Shown piece by piece: positions 11,160-25,070 of a DNA stretch of 64,000 bases. The notes under the pieces are model-generated. The model made no database searches, was not told the origin of the DNA, and saw only the letters and a program-made list of their open reading frames with translations. The stretch is from Octopus vulgaris. Its lineage: Eukaryota. A program made the position numbers and the translations under genes. The stretch spans positions 27,466,001 through 27,530,000 of the forward strand of contig OX597814.1 in the NCBI GenBank assembly GCA_951406725.2, in the 5' to 3' direction. Every line of letters begins with the position of its first letter. The first letter of the stretch is position 1.

Positions 11160-12037
11160 TATAGAGGATATATTTGGTTACTCCAGTAGAACAAGGAAGG
11201 AAAAGGAAGGTGAGAGAGAGTTAGGGAGAAAGATAGAGAGGCAGTCAGAGTGTGCATGTTTGTATGAGAGAGAGGTGTTGGAGATGTATTGGACTCTACC
11301 CACAGGGAACAGCGGGGGGGGGGGAGTATAAAAGGTATAGGGTGGTTCCATGAGAATATGAGGGGATATGTTTAGGGATGGGGAAGATATGACTATAGCA
11401 AGTGATGGTGAGGGAAACTGGAGAGGCTTGAAGGGGTAGGGAATATAGCTGAGGGCATGGAAAATGTGCAGGTAAGCACATGAAAGAGAAGCCTGAAGTG
11501 GGTGAGGGAGGGTGGTAGTGGTGGTGGGAGTTGCATTCTTGTTCTAGCAACTATGCTCTCAGAGCATCCTCCTCCACTTCTGACTTGACCACCGAGGTAA
11601 TGGAAGATATCAGCTATTTCTAAGGATGTCCCTGGACATTTGAAGAGAGAGAGAGAGACAACTACTAGTTTCATTATTATTATCATCCTCATCATTTAAT
11701 GTCCATTTTCCATGCTGGCATGGGTTGGATGGTTTGACCAGAGCTGGCAAGCCAGAGAGCTGCAGCAGGTTCTAGTCTGATTTGGCTTGGTTTCTATGGC
11801 TGGATGCCCTTCCCAATGCCAACAACTTTACAGTGTGTGCTGGGTGCTTTCAATGTGTCACTGGCACAATTGCCTTTACATGGCACCAGCACAGGACTCT
11901 TGCAGGCCAATCCTCTTCACCAGGGGACGCGGTCTTAACACTTCTAGCATGGAGGATGGGTCTTCTCTAGTATAGCAAAGTGTCTGGTATCTCAATCCTT
12001 TGGACTGTCATCATGCTGCTAAACCTATCCACATTCG

Positions 12038-12146
12038 TACCAGACCAGAATTTTTTCAAAAACAACCATTGTGGCTGACCAGAAATCGTCTCCCTCTTCA
12101 CATTCAAGCATATGTAGTTGTTTTTTGAAAAAGCTCTGGTCTGGTA
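12038..12146. repeat. ~29-bp inverted repeat (hairpin)
   Basis: TACCAGACCAGAATTTTTTCAAAAACAAC pairs with GTTGTTTTTTGAAAAAGCTCTGGTCTGGTA. Confidence 0.85.
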
Positions 12147-12254
12147 AGGATATGGAAAGGTTTTGTGTGTATATATATGTATACACACACACACACACAC
12201 GCACACACACACAGAGTAGAAGTAAGGACCCGAAACCTTCAAAGGGATGTTTAA

Positions 12255-12780
12255 CATCTAAGTTCCTGAGGAAAAACCTAATTTGTGATTTCAAAAGGAT
12301 TATATTTTCATCAAAGTCACGAGGGAAAAACTCGGGATCTTGTGAATTTTCCGAAGTCCTCTACCCCCTCCTCGATTCTTTCTGCGCATTTTTGTTTTCA
12401 GATTCGTTTCCTACGTGAGTGTGAAGTAGAAAGATATCCATTTTCCTCAAAGTTACAAGGGAAAAACATCGGATCTTGTGAATTTTCCGAAGTCTCCCCC
12501 CCACACTTGGAAAAGATTTTCTCCACAAATTTCTTTATAATCGTAATCTATACCGTTTGAAAGGTATTTATATAAAATTTCATAAAAAGAAAACAAAACA
12601 TTCTCCTAAAAGTTATGAGGGAAAAGCATCGAAATTCGTGAATTTTCCGAAGACCTCTCCACCCCCGCCGCTTTCCCCGGAATTTTTGTTTTCATATTCG
12701 TTTCCTACACCCGTTGCGCTATTTTTTTTTTTCGATTTCGTTTCCGGGTAATGTCAACATTAACCCTAATCCCTAACAAT
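12255..12780. repeat. degenerate ~140-nt tandem repeats ending in telomere-like TAACCCTAATCCCTAAC
   Basis: AAAGTYAYRAGGGAAAA...GTGAATTTTCCGAAG recurs near 12313, 12449 and 12608. Confidence 0.7.
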
Positions 12781-12926
12781 TCATATAATCTGCAAATTAT
12801 CTTAAATTTGATTAAATATTACTAAAATGAATCGGACCGCCAATTATTTGTCGTCCCTACCTCCTTCTCTCATTATTTGCTGCTGAACAATCATCTTTCC
12901 TCCCGTTCTCTCTCTCTCTCTCTGTA

Positions 12927-13056
12927 TCGTCTGCCTTTCACTTACTTGCTTATTATTTATTATTACTGCAGTAACTGCTGCAGAAGACAAATTTTTCGAA
13001 GAACTCTTTATAAAAACATTACCTAGTGGTCATGTATATTTTCATTTCCAATTTAT
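12927..13056 (+). pseudogene. partial duplicate of PIGT exon 1 (no ATG, no donor)
   Basis: 130-nt match to 13342-13471 (offset 415) with one visible mismatch (TCC to TTC). Confidence 0.92.
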
Positions 13057-13319
13057 ATATATATCGTAATTTCTGTACCAGTGTAATAAAACTGGCCGGT
13101 ACACACACACACACATATGTGTGTGTTTAAAATTATATTTTGTTATTAAAACGCATTTTTTCACATATATAAAATAAAGATAATTTTTTTCAATATTAAA
13201 TGTTATCAGTATAAGAACAGATTTTAGCTCAGTATATTTTGGAAAAAAAAAAAAGAAAATTGCATTCGTATTCACTCCTTATCATATATATAGTATTTGT
13301 TCCGATTAGTTGCTTAGAC

Positions 13320-13509
13320 ATGGATGTCTGTCGACATAATGTCGTCTGCCTTTCACTTACTTGCTTATTATTTATTATTACTGCAGTAACTGCTGCAGAA
13401 GACAAATTTTCCGAAGAACTCTTTATAAAAACATTACCTAGTGGTCATGTATATTTTCATTTCCAATTTATTACTCGTTGGGATGTAGACATTCGGAATA
13501 AAAGCGAAT
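13320..13509 (+). CDS. PIGT: GPI transamidase component PIG-T, exon 1 (signal peptide)
   Basis: MDVCRHNVVCLSLTCLLFIITAVTAAEDKFSEELFIKTLPSGHVYFHFQFITRW matches the PIG-T N-terminus (EEL...L.SG.V...FQF.TRW); donor GTGAGT, phase 1. Confidence 0.93.
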
Positions 13510-13759
13510 GTGAGTATATATATATTATACCATTTGTGTTTGCATTTCTGTTATTCCGTTAAATTAAAGAGCGTTGGAATACTGTTGTAAATTACAATTC
13601 AGAAGCAATTTACGTAGTCATCCGTCTATAAAAATTGGCCTTGTAAACCTAGTCAAAAGATCAATTCGTTTTCTCAATGATATATCACTCACGAAGCATA
13701 ATGCTTTCATTTTCTAGTCAATTGGTAAAATAAATAAGAAATTACCGAATTAACTGGCG

Positions 13760-14167
13760 ATCTTTCGTCTCTAGTAGACCTTTCCGTCGATTTCCGTAAA
13801 AAAATTTTTTTTTTACATATGGGCTTGCGGGAACTTTTGAAGTAATATACATACATATACACATACACCGAGTAAAAAATTTCAGTTATCTCTTTCTTTC
13901 ACACATTACTCTGTCTCTTCACACACACTAACAGAAGCACTTCACTTATACAACATACTGTCTCCCACACCCCATCAAACACACACACACACATGTACAT
14001 CAATGCTTCACATGCACGGTAACTTCAAAAGAACTTCCCTCGTCATACAATCGCTTTCTCTTAGTCTCTTTCGCTCTCATTACTTCAAAAGTTCCCGCAA
14101 GCCCATATGTAAAAAAAAAAAATTTTTTAACGGAAATCGACGGAAAGGTCTACTAGAGACGAAAGAT
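13760..14167. mobile_element. fold-back/MITE-like element with ~88-bp terminal inverted repeats
   Basis: 13760-13846 is the near-perfect reverse complement of 14079-14167. A 46-bp direct repeat (13706-13751, 14171-14216) flanks it. Confidence 0.85.
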
Positions 14168-14580
14168 TGCTTCATTTTCTAGTCAATTGGTAAAATAAAT
14201 AAGAAATTACCGAATTGTTATATATACATATATACTCCTGCGGCGGCGGATCACTGGTGTAATTGTTATATTTATGTGATGCGTTTGCAGCCGGCATATT
14301 ATCTAATGTTTTCCGGCTTTATAAAGAGACTACACATCTCGATAGCTATATAATCAATAATAATAATAACGATTTCTTACATTTAAAAAAAATTATTTGA
14401 CGTGTTTAATTTGATGTTTAAACAATGATAATAGCAAATCAAACGTTACAAACATCGGTGGAAATCTAAGAAAATGTTTCCCTAGAATTATCGTAGATCA
14501 GAGCTCATGGGATTCTTTTTCAAATAAATTACAAATTGGTTTTGTATCAAGCCATATTTTTCTTTTTAATTTCGGACTTT

Positions 14581-15392
<812 letters not shown>

Positions 15393-15398
<6 letters not shown>

Positions 15399-15541
15399 TG
15401 CAGTGTGGAAGGTGTTTGTAAGATATTTAAGAAACACAAAAGCCGTTCGATTCACTTCAACATTTAAGTTTAATTTGTCAAAATATTTTCGTCGCTTTAA
15501 GACCGCGACCTGTTCACTGACAGTACTTGCTATGCAAGTAC
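15393..15541 (-). mobile_element. Penelope-like fragment with variant hammerhead-like fold
   Basis: Minus strand: TGTCA-GTGAACAG-GTCGC(loop)GCGAC-GAAA-ATATTT-TGACA; palindromic end at 15523-15541. Confidence 0.5.
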
Positions 15542-15835
15542 ATCTCCGATATATATATATGAGGTCCTGAAAAGGGTCATAGGGACTAATGCAAATTGTA
15601 TGGAAAAAGGCCAACTGGAAATTGATTATGTAGTAATGAAAAAACAACTTTAGTCAATGATTAATAACAGTAATTATTATGCAAGTACGGGAGACAAGTC
15701 TTGGCATGTGGTTTTATTATAACCTCATCACCGAATCATGTATGCTTTGGTATACTTCAAAATTAAGTTTAGTGTTTCAGATTTAGATATCTCTGGAGTA
15801 AAAAAAAAAAAATAATACCGTAAATATTCGCCTCA

Positions 15836-15884
<49 letters not shown>

Positions 15885-15886
<2 letters not shown>

Positions 15887-16050
15887 CAGCTGAACAATTA
15901 CCATGTATGCGTGCATGCAAATTGACAGAATGAGATAAAAAAAACCAGGGCAGTAAATAGATTTCATAACATTTATCAAGAAAAGGTCTTACTGCTGTTT
16001 CCGGGATATTTTATATATCCCTTCATGAGAGACGGTGTGAGAAAATGTTT
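15885..16050 (-). mobile_element. Penelope-like fragment with type I minimal hammerhead (core mutated)
   Basis: Minus 16033-15986: GTCT-CTCATGA-A-GGGATAT-ATAAA-ATATCCC-G-GAAAC-AGCA-GTA-AGAC. Confidence 0.7.
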
Positions 16051-16081
16051 GAGTATTAATTATTGTAGAGAAGATATGAAA

Positions 16082-16518
16082 TACAAAGGGAAATATGAGA
16101 ATGAATATAGAAGTGAGATGCATAAGGATATTGTATTTGCAGTTACAAAGTAGAATGGTGTATATAAATGGTGAGAAAATTTTTTTTTTTTGGTGAAGAA
16201 ATTTTTCTTGTACCTGGTGTGTGAGTTCCGATGGTGGTTATATTTGGTCATTCCAAGCATAGAGCCTTAACACATTTTAATTCACCCCCCCCCACCCCCC
16301 CAAAAAAATCCCCTCAATCGACCAACACTGTTTACAAGGCTCTTTGCTTGGAATGACCAAATATTACCATTGTCGAAACTCACACACCAGGTACAAGAAA
16401 ATTTCTTCGCCAAAAAATTTTTTTTTACCATTTATATACAACATTCTACTTTGTAACTGCAAATACAATATCCTTATGCATCTCACTTCTATATTCATTC
16501 TCATATTTCCCTTTGTAC
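16082..16518. repeat. ~185-bp inverted repeat with ~67-bp spacer
   Basis: 16082-16268 pairs with 16336-16518; the mirror ORFs MLGMTKY... appear on both strands. Confidence 0.92.
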
Positions 16519-17611
16519 TAATGAATGGCAAATATCTTTGAACTGTGTATTTTGATTTTATAATAAGTACACTACATCACTGCATGTTGTAAGGATTAGT
16601 TAGAAGGGCATCTGACTGAAACACTGCCTCAGAAAGCCTGTCTAGCCCCATGCCACCATGAGGAAGTGGATGTATGACAATGATGTGCATGGATGTGCAT
16701 ATTATACTTTTCTAACACAGGGCTGAGTGAATTTTGTATTTGGTATTATGTTAGGAAAATAATCAGCCTGAATAATTAATGAGTTTATGTGGAGTGTTGT
16801 GGAATTAATATGGTTAATATAGATTCTGGAAAAAAAGTGATTATTATAAAATAGAAGTTCCATGGTAATGTAATTCTGAGAAAAATGTGTTGCATTTATG
16901 CAATGAAAATAGATATTGAATAGAAAGTAAGGTGTAAAGACTGTGAGCTCAGGGGACTTTTAAAAGTTCACTTATAGATTTACTTAACATAGCAATGTAT
17001 AGTCTTAAGTTTTATTTTCAATTCATTTTTCTTGTTAGGTATTACTTTATGTAATACCTCATTAAAATTTTTAATATAAATTTGGCAGCAGAGGAAAGAT
17101 GCACGAAAAAAAAAAAGAAAGAGAAATATCATGATTGGGAAGAAATGGAGTAATGTTGGTGGGATGTCTGAATTCTTGCAACAGAGAGCTCTGATCAAAG
17201 TGTCTAAAGACCAGTTGATTGGTGTTAAACTGGATGACATGTTATATTCAACATCAAGAAGCGAAAAGGCTAAACAGATGTGGTATTGGGCTATCAGCTC
17301 ATTGATTTTAAGTTCAATTGCACTACAGATGTTTTGCTGTGGACTTGAGCACTACACCTAATTCAGTGTCCTTCAGAGTACTTAACTCGTAGGAATAGGT
17401 CCAGATCACATGGTAATTTCACCAATGAATACACTAAAATTGTAAGTCTGAATCTCATGGACAGCCTTCAACTTTTCTGTTTTAGTGACTAAGACTGCTG
17501 GCAGTGTGCTGTGCTTGAGAAGACATCAAGATAAAAACTGTAGCTGTCTATACATACAGGCATGTCTTCTATGTCCCTCTCTCAGCTGAGAGATCCTTGT
17601 CTAGAGAGCTT

Positions 17612-17866
17612 GCAGGTGCTAGTGTCATGTGAAAAGCATCTGTGCTAGTGTCATGTAAAAGCACCTGTGCTGGCACCATGTCAAAGCAACTGTTCCAGTA
17701 CCATGCAAAAGCACCCATGCTGGTGTCACATAACAGTGACCATGCCAGTGTCTTGTAAAATCTTCCATACTGATGTCACTTAAAAGCCCCCATGCTGGTG
17801 CCACAGAAAAGCTCCTGTGCTGGTGCCACGTAAAAGCACCTATGCCAGTTCCATGTAGAAATTACC
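17612..17866 (+). repeat. degenerate ~22-nt tandem array (GTGCTGGTGCCACGTAAAAGCACC-like) within a family D element
   Basis: About 10 head-to-tail units followed by the family D 3' part (17867-18030). Confidence 0.8.
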
Positions 17867-20478
17867 CAGTGCACTCTTTGAAGTCATTGGCAATTAGGAA
17901 AGGCATCCAGCTGTAAAAATCATACCAAAATAGCCAGTTGGAACCTGAGCAGCTATCCAGCTGGCCAGCTCCTATCAAAATGTCCAACCCATGCCAGTAT
18001 GGAAAACAGACATTAAATGATGATAATGGATAAAGTGATTCTGGCACCAAGTATGAACCTTTAAATTCTTTAAGAGCTTAAGTGGCATTTAGATCATGGA
18101 AAGGAAAGTGCTGCTGCTGGAGTGTGAAAATAAATAATCAACAGGACAGCTAAAACTATTATAAAATATCAGATACATATTTCTTAAAGCTAAATGCCTA
18201 ATTTTGTGAATAGTAAATATATTTTTAATATACTAAGTTGACTGTAGTTATAGTTGTTTCATGTAACATTAAGCAATTAATTAGTTTCATATGCTGTCCC
18301 TGTTTTGATATAATTATGTGTCAAATTATTGATTCTTTTACAGGGTACAGGTTTTTACCAATATACTGGCTCTGTGCTGTTAATTTTTATTATCTCATTT
18401 GTAACCAGTCTTTAAAGAGCTCAGCTGGTTGCTTTTTCAATAAATATAAATCATGTTAATGTATCACGATAAATTAAAACAAAATTACCTATGTTTCTTG
18501 GTATAATTTTGTGTGTATATAAATATCTCTGTATATTTATGACACACATGCAGACTTGGAGTGAAGTGGTGAAGACAACCTCAAGATGTTGCATCTCACA
18601 GAGATGACATGGGACTATATTGACAAGTAATTTACAGTATTGGAAAGACCCAACTGCAGAAAAACTCAACCAGCAGTGCAAACATGGCAAATCAGAAAGT
18701 CATAGAGGTGGTAGTAGTGTTGTAGACCAAGAAACTTTAATATATATACATGCATATTTATGTTTGGGATTGTGGGTGTATATGCTAAAATACTGCCAAG
18801 TCTACTGCCTTCCCCACACATTGACACCCTGTCAGCTCCCTATTGTTCTTTTGCTGTCACCTTTATCTCTACTATTTGCTCCTTTATCATTTGTGCTATT
18901 CATTGGTACAGAACCCACCTACTTTCAGTCCTCTGCTACCATCCTCACTAAACCTCTCCACTTCATTTTGAAGTCTGTATAAGAAACTATATTGTGTCCA
19001 GTACACTCTACCTTCACTATATCTTTCTGCACTGCCAGTCATAATAAGCCTGTTTCACTCTGCCATCATGCTTTTGCTCCTTTTCACTATGCATGCTCTG
19101 TTATTGCTCTATCTTCTGACTCATATTGTCTTCTGTTGTTGCTGTGTTCTCTTGATTACATTACTTTGAATGTATGTACATGTCTTGGAATAATGAGTGC
19201 ATTTATCACTCATCCTTCTATCATATAATTCTTTTATCATCTGTCATAATCATTCATACATTTGTCACTCATGCCTCTCACTCTGTAAAATGGTTAGCAA
19301 GTAAGCAGAGATATGGAGTTGAGAGAATCTTTTTAATCTTGTCAAGAACATAGCTACTCTTTTGTGCTGGTGCCTGGCAAAACACATTCAGTACAATTTG
19401 TAAAGTATGGGTTTTAGAAGAATCTTTGGTTTTAGCACAAGTATGACAACTTCTCTTATGGTGGATGTCATGAAAAGATGCACTCAGTACTCTGTAAAGT
19501 GGTTGGTGTTGGGAAGAGTTTCCAACCATAGAAACCCTCTGGCCTATTTAGGTGAGCAGCACCTCTGAATATATGCTGACTACCAGTATGACAACCTTTC
19601 CAATTCATACCAGCATAAAAAGCAGATATAAACTAATGATGATCATAAACATCCTACATACATATAGATACAGGCAAGGCTGTGTGGTCAAGAAGTTGCT
19701 TCTCAATCACATAGTTCTGGATTCTGTATGATTAACTATACTCTTGAAGTCAGTACTCCTAGCATGACTGCAGTCTAGTGACTGTATCATTTGATGGTCC
19801 ACTTTTCCATGCTTGCATGGATCAATTGGAATTCATTAATGCAGATTTTTTTTGTAGTTGGATGCCCTTCATGTCACCAACAACCATCTGTTACCATACA
19901 AGGTAATATTTCATGTGGTTGGGAAGTGAGCTTTTTAATTACACCATACCTATGTCTTTGGCTGTTAACACTATAACCATGTGGTTTTGGTTTGATCCTA
20001 CTGCATTGCACTTTAAGTAATTTTCTTTGATATTGGGCTCAGTCTGACCAATGTCTTGTTTGTGAAAACAGTAGAGGGCAACTGATGGAAAACCTATCAT
20101 ATATGTATGCATGTGTGTGTGCATTTGTTTACATGTGTTTTTGCATTGCTATTGCTTTAACCAGCATTGAGATGGTTTGTGTCCCATGGGAACAAAATGT
20201 CCAATACTTGTTCAATGTGCAAAAACGTAGAATAAAGTACAAAGTACCTTCCTTGAAAGTAAATTAGGGTTGGTTAAGAGGGGTATCTTGTCATATAATA
20301 CTACCTTGAGATATTTTGTCCAACTGATACCAACATTGAAAAGAATCTGCAGTAAAAATGAGGATGATAGTATATGTGAAAGACATGTTTCTTTATATGC
20401 TCATAATGTGATAATTAATCATTTTGTTGTTCATGTTAACCAGTTAAGTAAAACCATTTTTAATTTTCTTTGTTTCAG

Positions 20479-20656
20479 TCAATCAGTATCGGTTGTTTCC
20501 CAAATCTTTAGGAGACATTGTATCTGCACATGATGTTCAAGAGTTACATTTGTCTCTAACACAAGGAATATGGAGACATGATAAATGGGGCTATCCAATC
20601 CATGATGCACCACCAGGAGCAGAGCTTTGGGTTTGGTTTTTGCCTTCAGTTAAAAG
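20479..20656 (+). CDS. PIGT: PIG-T exon 2
   Basis: YRLFPKSLGDIV...ELHLSLTQGIWRHDKWGYP...APPGAELWVWF; canonical AG/GT, phase 1 to 2. Confidence 0.95.
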
Positions 20657-20968
20657 GTAGTTAATAATTATTATTGTTCCTTAAAAACATCTTATAATGT
20701 GTTTAAGAAATGAAGATCTAAAATTTATAAGCTAAATTCATAAAAAATTCTTAGGTGCTGATATTAATTAATAGAAACCAGTAGAATGGCAGAAATGGTA
20801 AATGATGAAAAGAATGTTTTTGAGGTTTAAATCTGCCATATTCAACTTTGTCTTTTTGTCTTGCTGGCATTACTAAAATAAGAACCAGTTGTAAACTACA
20901 TCCTCTTTGTAGCATTGAGTCATTGTAAGATATTAATGCTAATTCATCTGTGTGGATTATTAAGTAAA

Positions 20969-21634
20969 TCTATAATAATAAATGGCAAGTTTGCGTGTTT
21001 GTGAATTTGTTACATTAACTCCTCCAAGACTATCCAACAGATCTTGATAAAACTTGACACGTGCGTGGGGCTTATGCACTTGGAATTTTTAAAAAATCGA
21101 TTTTTAATCAGCATCAATTTTTCAAAAATCATAAAATTTCAGCATTTTTCGCACTAGCTATCATGACATCAATTTAATGAAAAATGCCGAAATTTGACGA
21201 AAAATGTTTCATGGGTATAAACAGACAGCTTATTAATGGTAATCTATTTAGCATTTGCTAATTCTTCATTTCAATGCAAATTGTTTTGATTTGCTAAAAC
21301 ATATTATTTCAATTTATTGTTTTAATTCCCCAGCATTTCAGGTTTGATTAGGTTAGAACATTTTATTTCTCAAGCAAAATGTAGGCATTTTGCACACTAG
21401 CCATTGCGACATCAATTTAACGAAATCTGCCCCAAAGCGTAAAATTTCGTAATTTTACGCACATGCACAAAAATGACAATGAGATGGATTTGTTACCAGA
21501 CTCTGTTAATTTTTTCATCAAATTGGTCCTACCCATTAATATAGATTTAAATTTTTGAAAAATGTCAAAATTTGATGAAAAATGTTTCATGGCTATAAAC
21601 AGGCATCTTATTTATTACCAGGTATCTCAACTAG
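20969..21634 (+). mobile_element. non-autonomous Helitron-like element
   Basis: Starts TCTATAATAATAAA after an A and ends CTAG before a T. Internal duplications at 21146/21387 and 21181/21559. No TSD seen. Confidence 0.6.
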
Positions 21635-22204
21635 TATGTAATACATTGAGACTGATACAATTGATTATATCCCTTCTTTAAATCTGTGTGTTTGTGTGTT
21701 GAAATTAAAGCTCAGTGGTGTAGCAAGTATCACTGAACAGGTGTTTACTTTTGGTATGCCAAATTCATAGGATATATTTGATTTTTGATTGAAGGCAATT
21801 TACTTCACTTATATTGTTAGCATTCTTGAAGAAGGCATGAATGTCACATCACATTAACTTGTTACTCTCTTGGTTTACTTCTGGTCTTTTGCTTAAGTAA
21901 GAAATTAATTTAGATGAGATGAAAAATAATGAAAAGAGCAGACAATTGAATGAAATAAGTTAGAGTAATGTCACTGTTCTGTGTTCAAGTCTCTTTTAAG
22001 ATTGACTTCAGCTTTAGTCATTGTAAGTAGCAGTGATAAGCCAGGGTTGGTTAAATCAGTTCTGTTCCTTTCTTATATATTTATAAATTATCCTAATGCC
22101 TAGTTATAATAAATTGATATGAACGGATGTTAATGTTATTGTAAATAAACAAACATATTTTGTTTGTACTAAATGAGGTTTCCAATTTTCTGTTTTTTAT
22201 CTAG

Positions 22205-22442
22205 TGTTAAAGTTAGTTGGGCAGAGCTTGTAAATGCCCTCTCTGGTCTCTTTTGTGCGTCTCTTAATTTTATGGATGCAAAATCTACTGTCAATCCCAA
22301 CTGGTCTTTTCGACCACATGGTTTGCAAGGAGAAGGCTTTGCTAAAGATGTAAAACTACTGCGTTATTCAGCTTTGCCAAGGGAAGTTGTTTGTACAGAG
22401 AATCTCACACCTTGGAAAAAGCTCCTTCCATGTGATTCAAAG
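22205..22442 (+). CDS. PIGT: PIG-T exon 3
   Basis: [20 protein letters not shown]...[20 protein letters not shown], including the Cys equivalent to the one that bonds PIG-K. Confidence 0.97.
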
Positions 22443-24291
22443 GTTAGTATATTTACACATCATCATTGTTTTTTATGTCTATTTTTTCCAAGCTGGCATG
22501 AACTGGAAGAGACTTTTTGAAGGAGTATTCTATAGTTACATACTCTTCTTGATGGCATACATTATCTGTTTTTTAAGGTATTTTATTCCATTGATCTTTA
22601 CATGATGACACTACTCTGCTGTTGGATATAATCTATGTGGAGCATAAATAAACTTCATTATTGCCCAAATAGTGTCAATGCAAAGGCATGGGGACAAACG
22701 CATACTCTCTCTCTCTTACACTCACACATGCACAGAAGACAAGTTTCAGTACAGTTTTTATTTCCCAAATTTTAGCCACAAGACATTGATTCACTCGTGG
22801 CTATAGTAGAAAAAAAATTTGTTCAAGGATACCATAAGGTAGGATTGAACTTGAAATCATGTAGTTGTAAAGTGAACTTCTTAATCACATAGCTATTCCT
22901 ATATAAACAAGAAATACATATAAAATGCCTGCCTTAATTTACAGGCTCATGGAGCTTATCCAGATTTTCAAAGCATTTAGGCTGGGAGTACAAGACTGCC
23001 TCATTGAATGAGATACCAGTCCATTGCAGAGTTGACCCACAGGTGCTGCTCATTTTCAGCTGAGTTTACTGGAATAGTGTGAAATGAAATCCTTTATTCA
23101 AGGACAGGCACCATCTGATTCAATAGTTATATGCACAACCTAACTACCATGAGCTTAAATCACTAACTACCAGGTCACATGCCTTCATAAGAAATACATA
23201 TGCACACACACACACATGCATGTGTGTCTGCCTACTGTCTAGTCTACACCATTGCTCTCTTTGATAGCCTCTCATTACTCGCTTCTCACTCTCTTGTGCT
23301 TCACATCACACATTGCTGTCACTCATCTATTGCCCATAGATTGTCACCCATGTCATGATCTCTCTTGCTTATGCTCCCTGCACCAATATCCCTGTTATTC
23401 ATTTCTTAATTACTCCTTCCTCTTCTCAATTCTCACTGTACAATGTTCTAGTGTAATTGAGGATAGCAGTGGTTCTGTTCTGTTCTTTCCCCATCATTCT
23501 TGTATGTAGCTATCTGGTATAGGCCCACCTACTTTTCATTCACTATATCACTGACCTATCACTCAACTCTTCTGATCCCTCTTGTTGCCTATGTGTGGAT
23601 GGTTACATTGCATTACTTGTGCCCAGTTCACTATACATTTACTTTCCCTTCCTGTACTGCTTTCATCACTCCATGTTGCTCTGTCTGCCAGCCTTCCTTT
23701 ATTTCTTTTTTTCTTTTTCATATCTTCTGGGCCTCTGTGATACCTCTTTCATCACTCTCTCTCCCCTCTGGGTCACAATGACCTCTATTGCTTTCCTATC
23801 ATCTTTGTTATATTGCATTTAGTATCTCAGAATACTGGGTACTGCTATAACTCATCCCATTACCATTGTTGCTTCTCACTCTATAAAAGAGCAACAGAAT
23901 GGGGTTGTAAGTTCCCTTTAGTGGTGATGAGGATATGACTACCTCTTTAATGCTGGTGTCACAAAAAACACACTCAGGACATTCTATAAAGTGTGAGATG
24001 ATGAGGAGCCTTTAGTGATGTTGAAGATGTCATTAGGAAGGGCATCCAGATGTAGAAATCATCATCATCATTTAACGTTCGCTTTCCTTGCTGGCATGGG
24101 TTGGACAGTTTGACTGAAAACCGGGGGAGCTGCATCAAGTTCCAATCTGATTTGGTAGCCAAAATAAAACATAAGCTAAATAAGGTTCCCTTATTCATCT
24201 AGGTGAGCAGACCAGTCCAATCCATGCCAACATGACTTTGGAGGCTGACGATCACACACATGCATTTATATACAAACAAATTTAACTTAAC

Positions 24292-24690
24292 ATCATCATC
24301 ATCATTTAGCATCCGCTTTCCATGCTAGCATGGGTTGGATGGTTCAACTGGGGTTTGTGAAGCCAGAAGGCTGCATCAGGCCCAGTCTGATCTGGCAGTG
24401 TTTCTATGGCTGGATGCCCTTCCTAACGCCAACCACTCCGCGAGTGTAGTGAGTGCTTTTTACGTGCCACCCGCACAGGTGCCAGACGGAGCTGGCAAAC
24501 GGCCACGGACGGATGGTGGTTTTTATGTGCCAGGCGAGGCTGGCAACGGCCACGATCGGATGGTGCTTTTTACGTGCCACTGGCACGGGGGCCAGGCGAG
24601 GCTGGCAACGGCCACGAACGGATGGTGCTTTTACATGCCACCGGCACGGGGGCCAGGCGAGGCTGGCAATGGCCACGAACGGATGGTGCT
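24292..24690 (-). mobile_element. family D element with ~59-nt tandem units
   Basis: (CAT)n tail at left; repeated GCCAGGCGAGGCTGGCAACGGCCACGA..GGATGGTGCTT units. Confidence 0.8.
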
Positions 24691-24983
24691 TGAGACTTCT
24701 GTTAAAATATCAAGATATTTCAACTGGTGTATGAAAATATTGTTCTCATCACAGATTATTTATCTCTGTCTGTCTTATTGTTAAAACTCCTCATACTGGA
24801 ACACATTCATATAACAATAAATCAATATTTCAAAACGGTTAAATGAATTTATGATTACCCTTCTTTTCCCTGTATTAAAGTTCAAACTTTAAATAAGCAT
24901 ATTTACAGTTTATATATTTATGGAATTTAGTATAACATGGTATCTTTTCAGTGATTCATCTTATTTATTTCTATGTTTTCCAG

Positions 24984-25070
24984 GTGGGACTCGCATCTCT
25001 TTTTAATGCAATGAAGTTATATGATACTGCTTATCATTCTTTAAGTGTTCACTTGAGATCTGTTTGCCGT
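24984..25070 (+). CDS. PIGT: PIG-T exon 4
   Basis: VGLASLFNAMKLYDTAYHSLSVHLRSVCR; CAG acceptor, GTAAGT donor. Confidence 0.93.

Noticed and set aside
12761-12777. True telomeric array linked to the TIN2-like gene
   Set aside because: Under three imperfect units and internal; proximity is probably coincidental.
17612-17866. CRISPR-like repeat array
   Set aside because: Units are contiguous and degenerate, with no unique spacers or cas genes; it is part of a eukaryotic retroelement.
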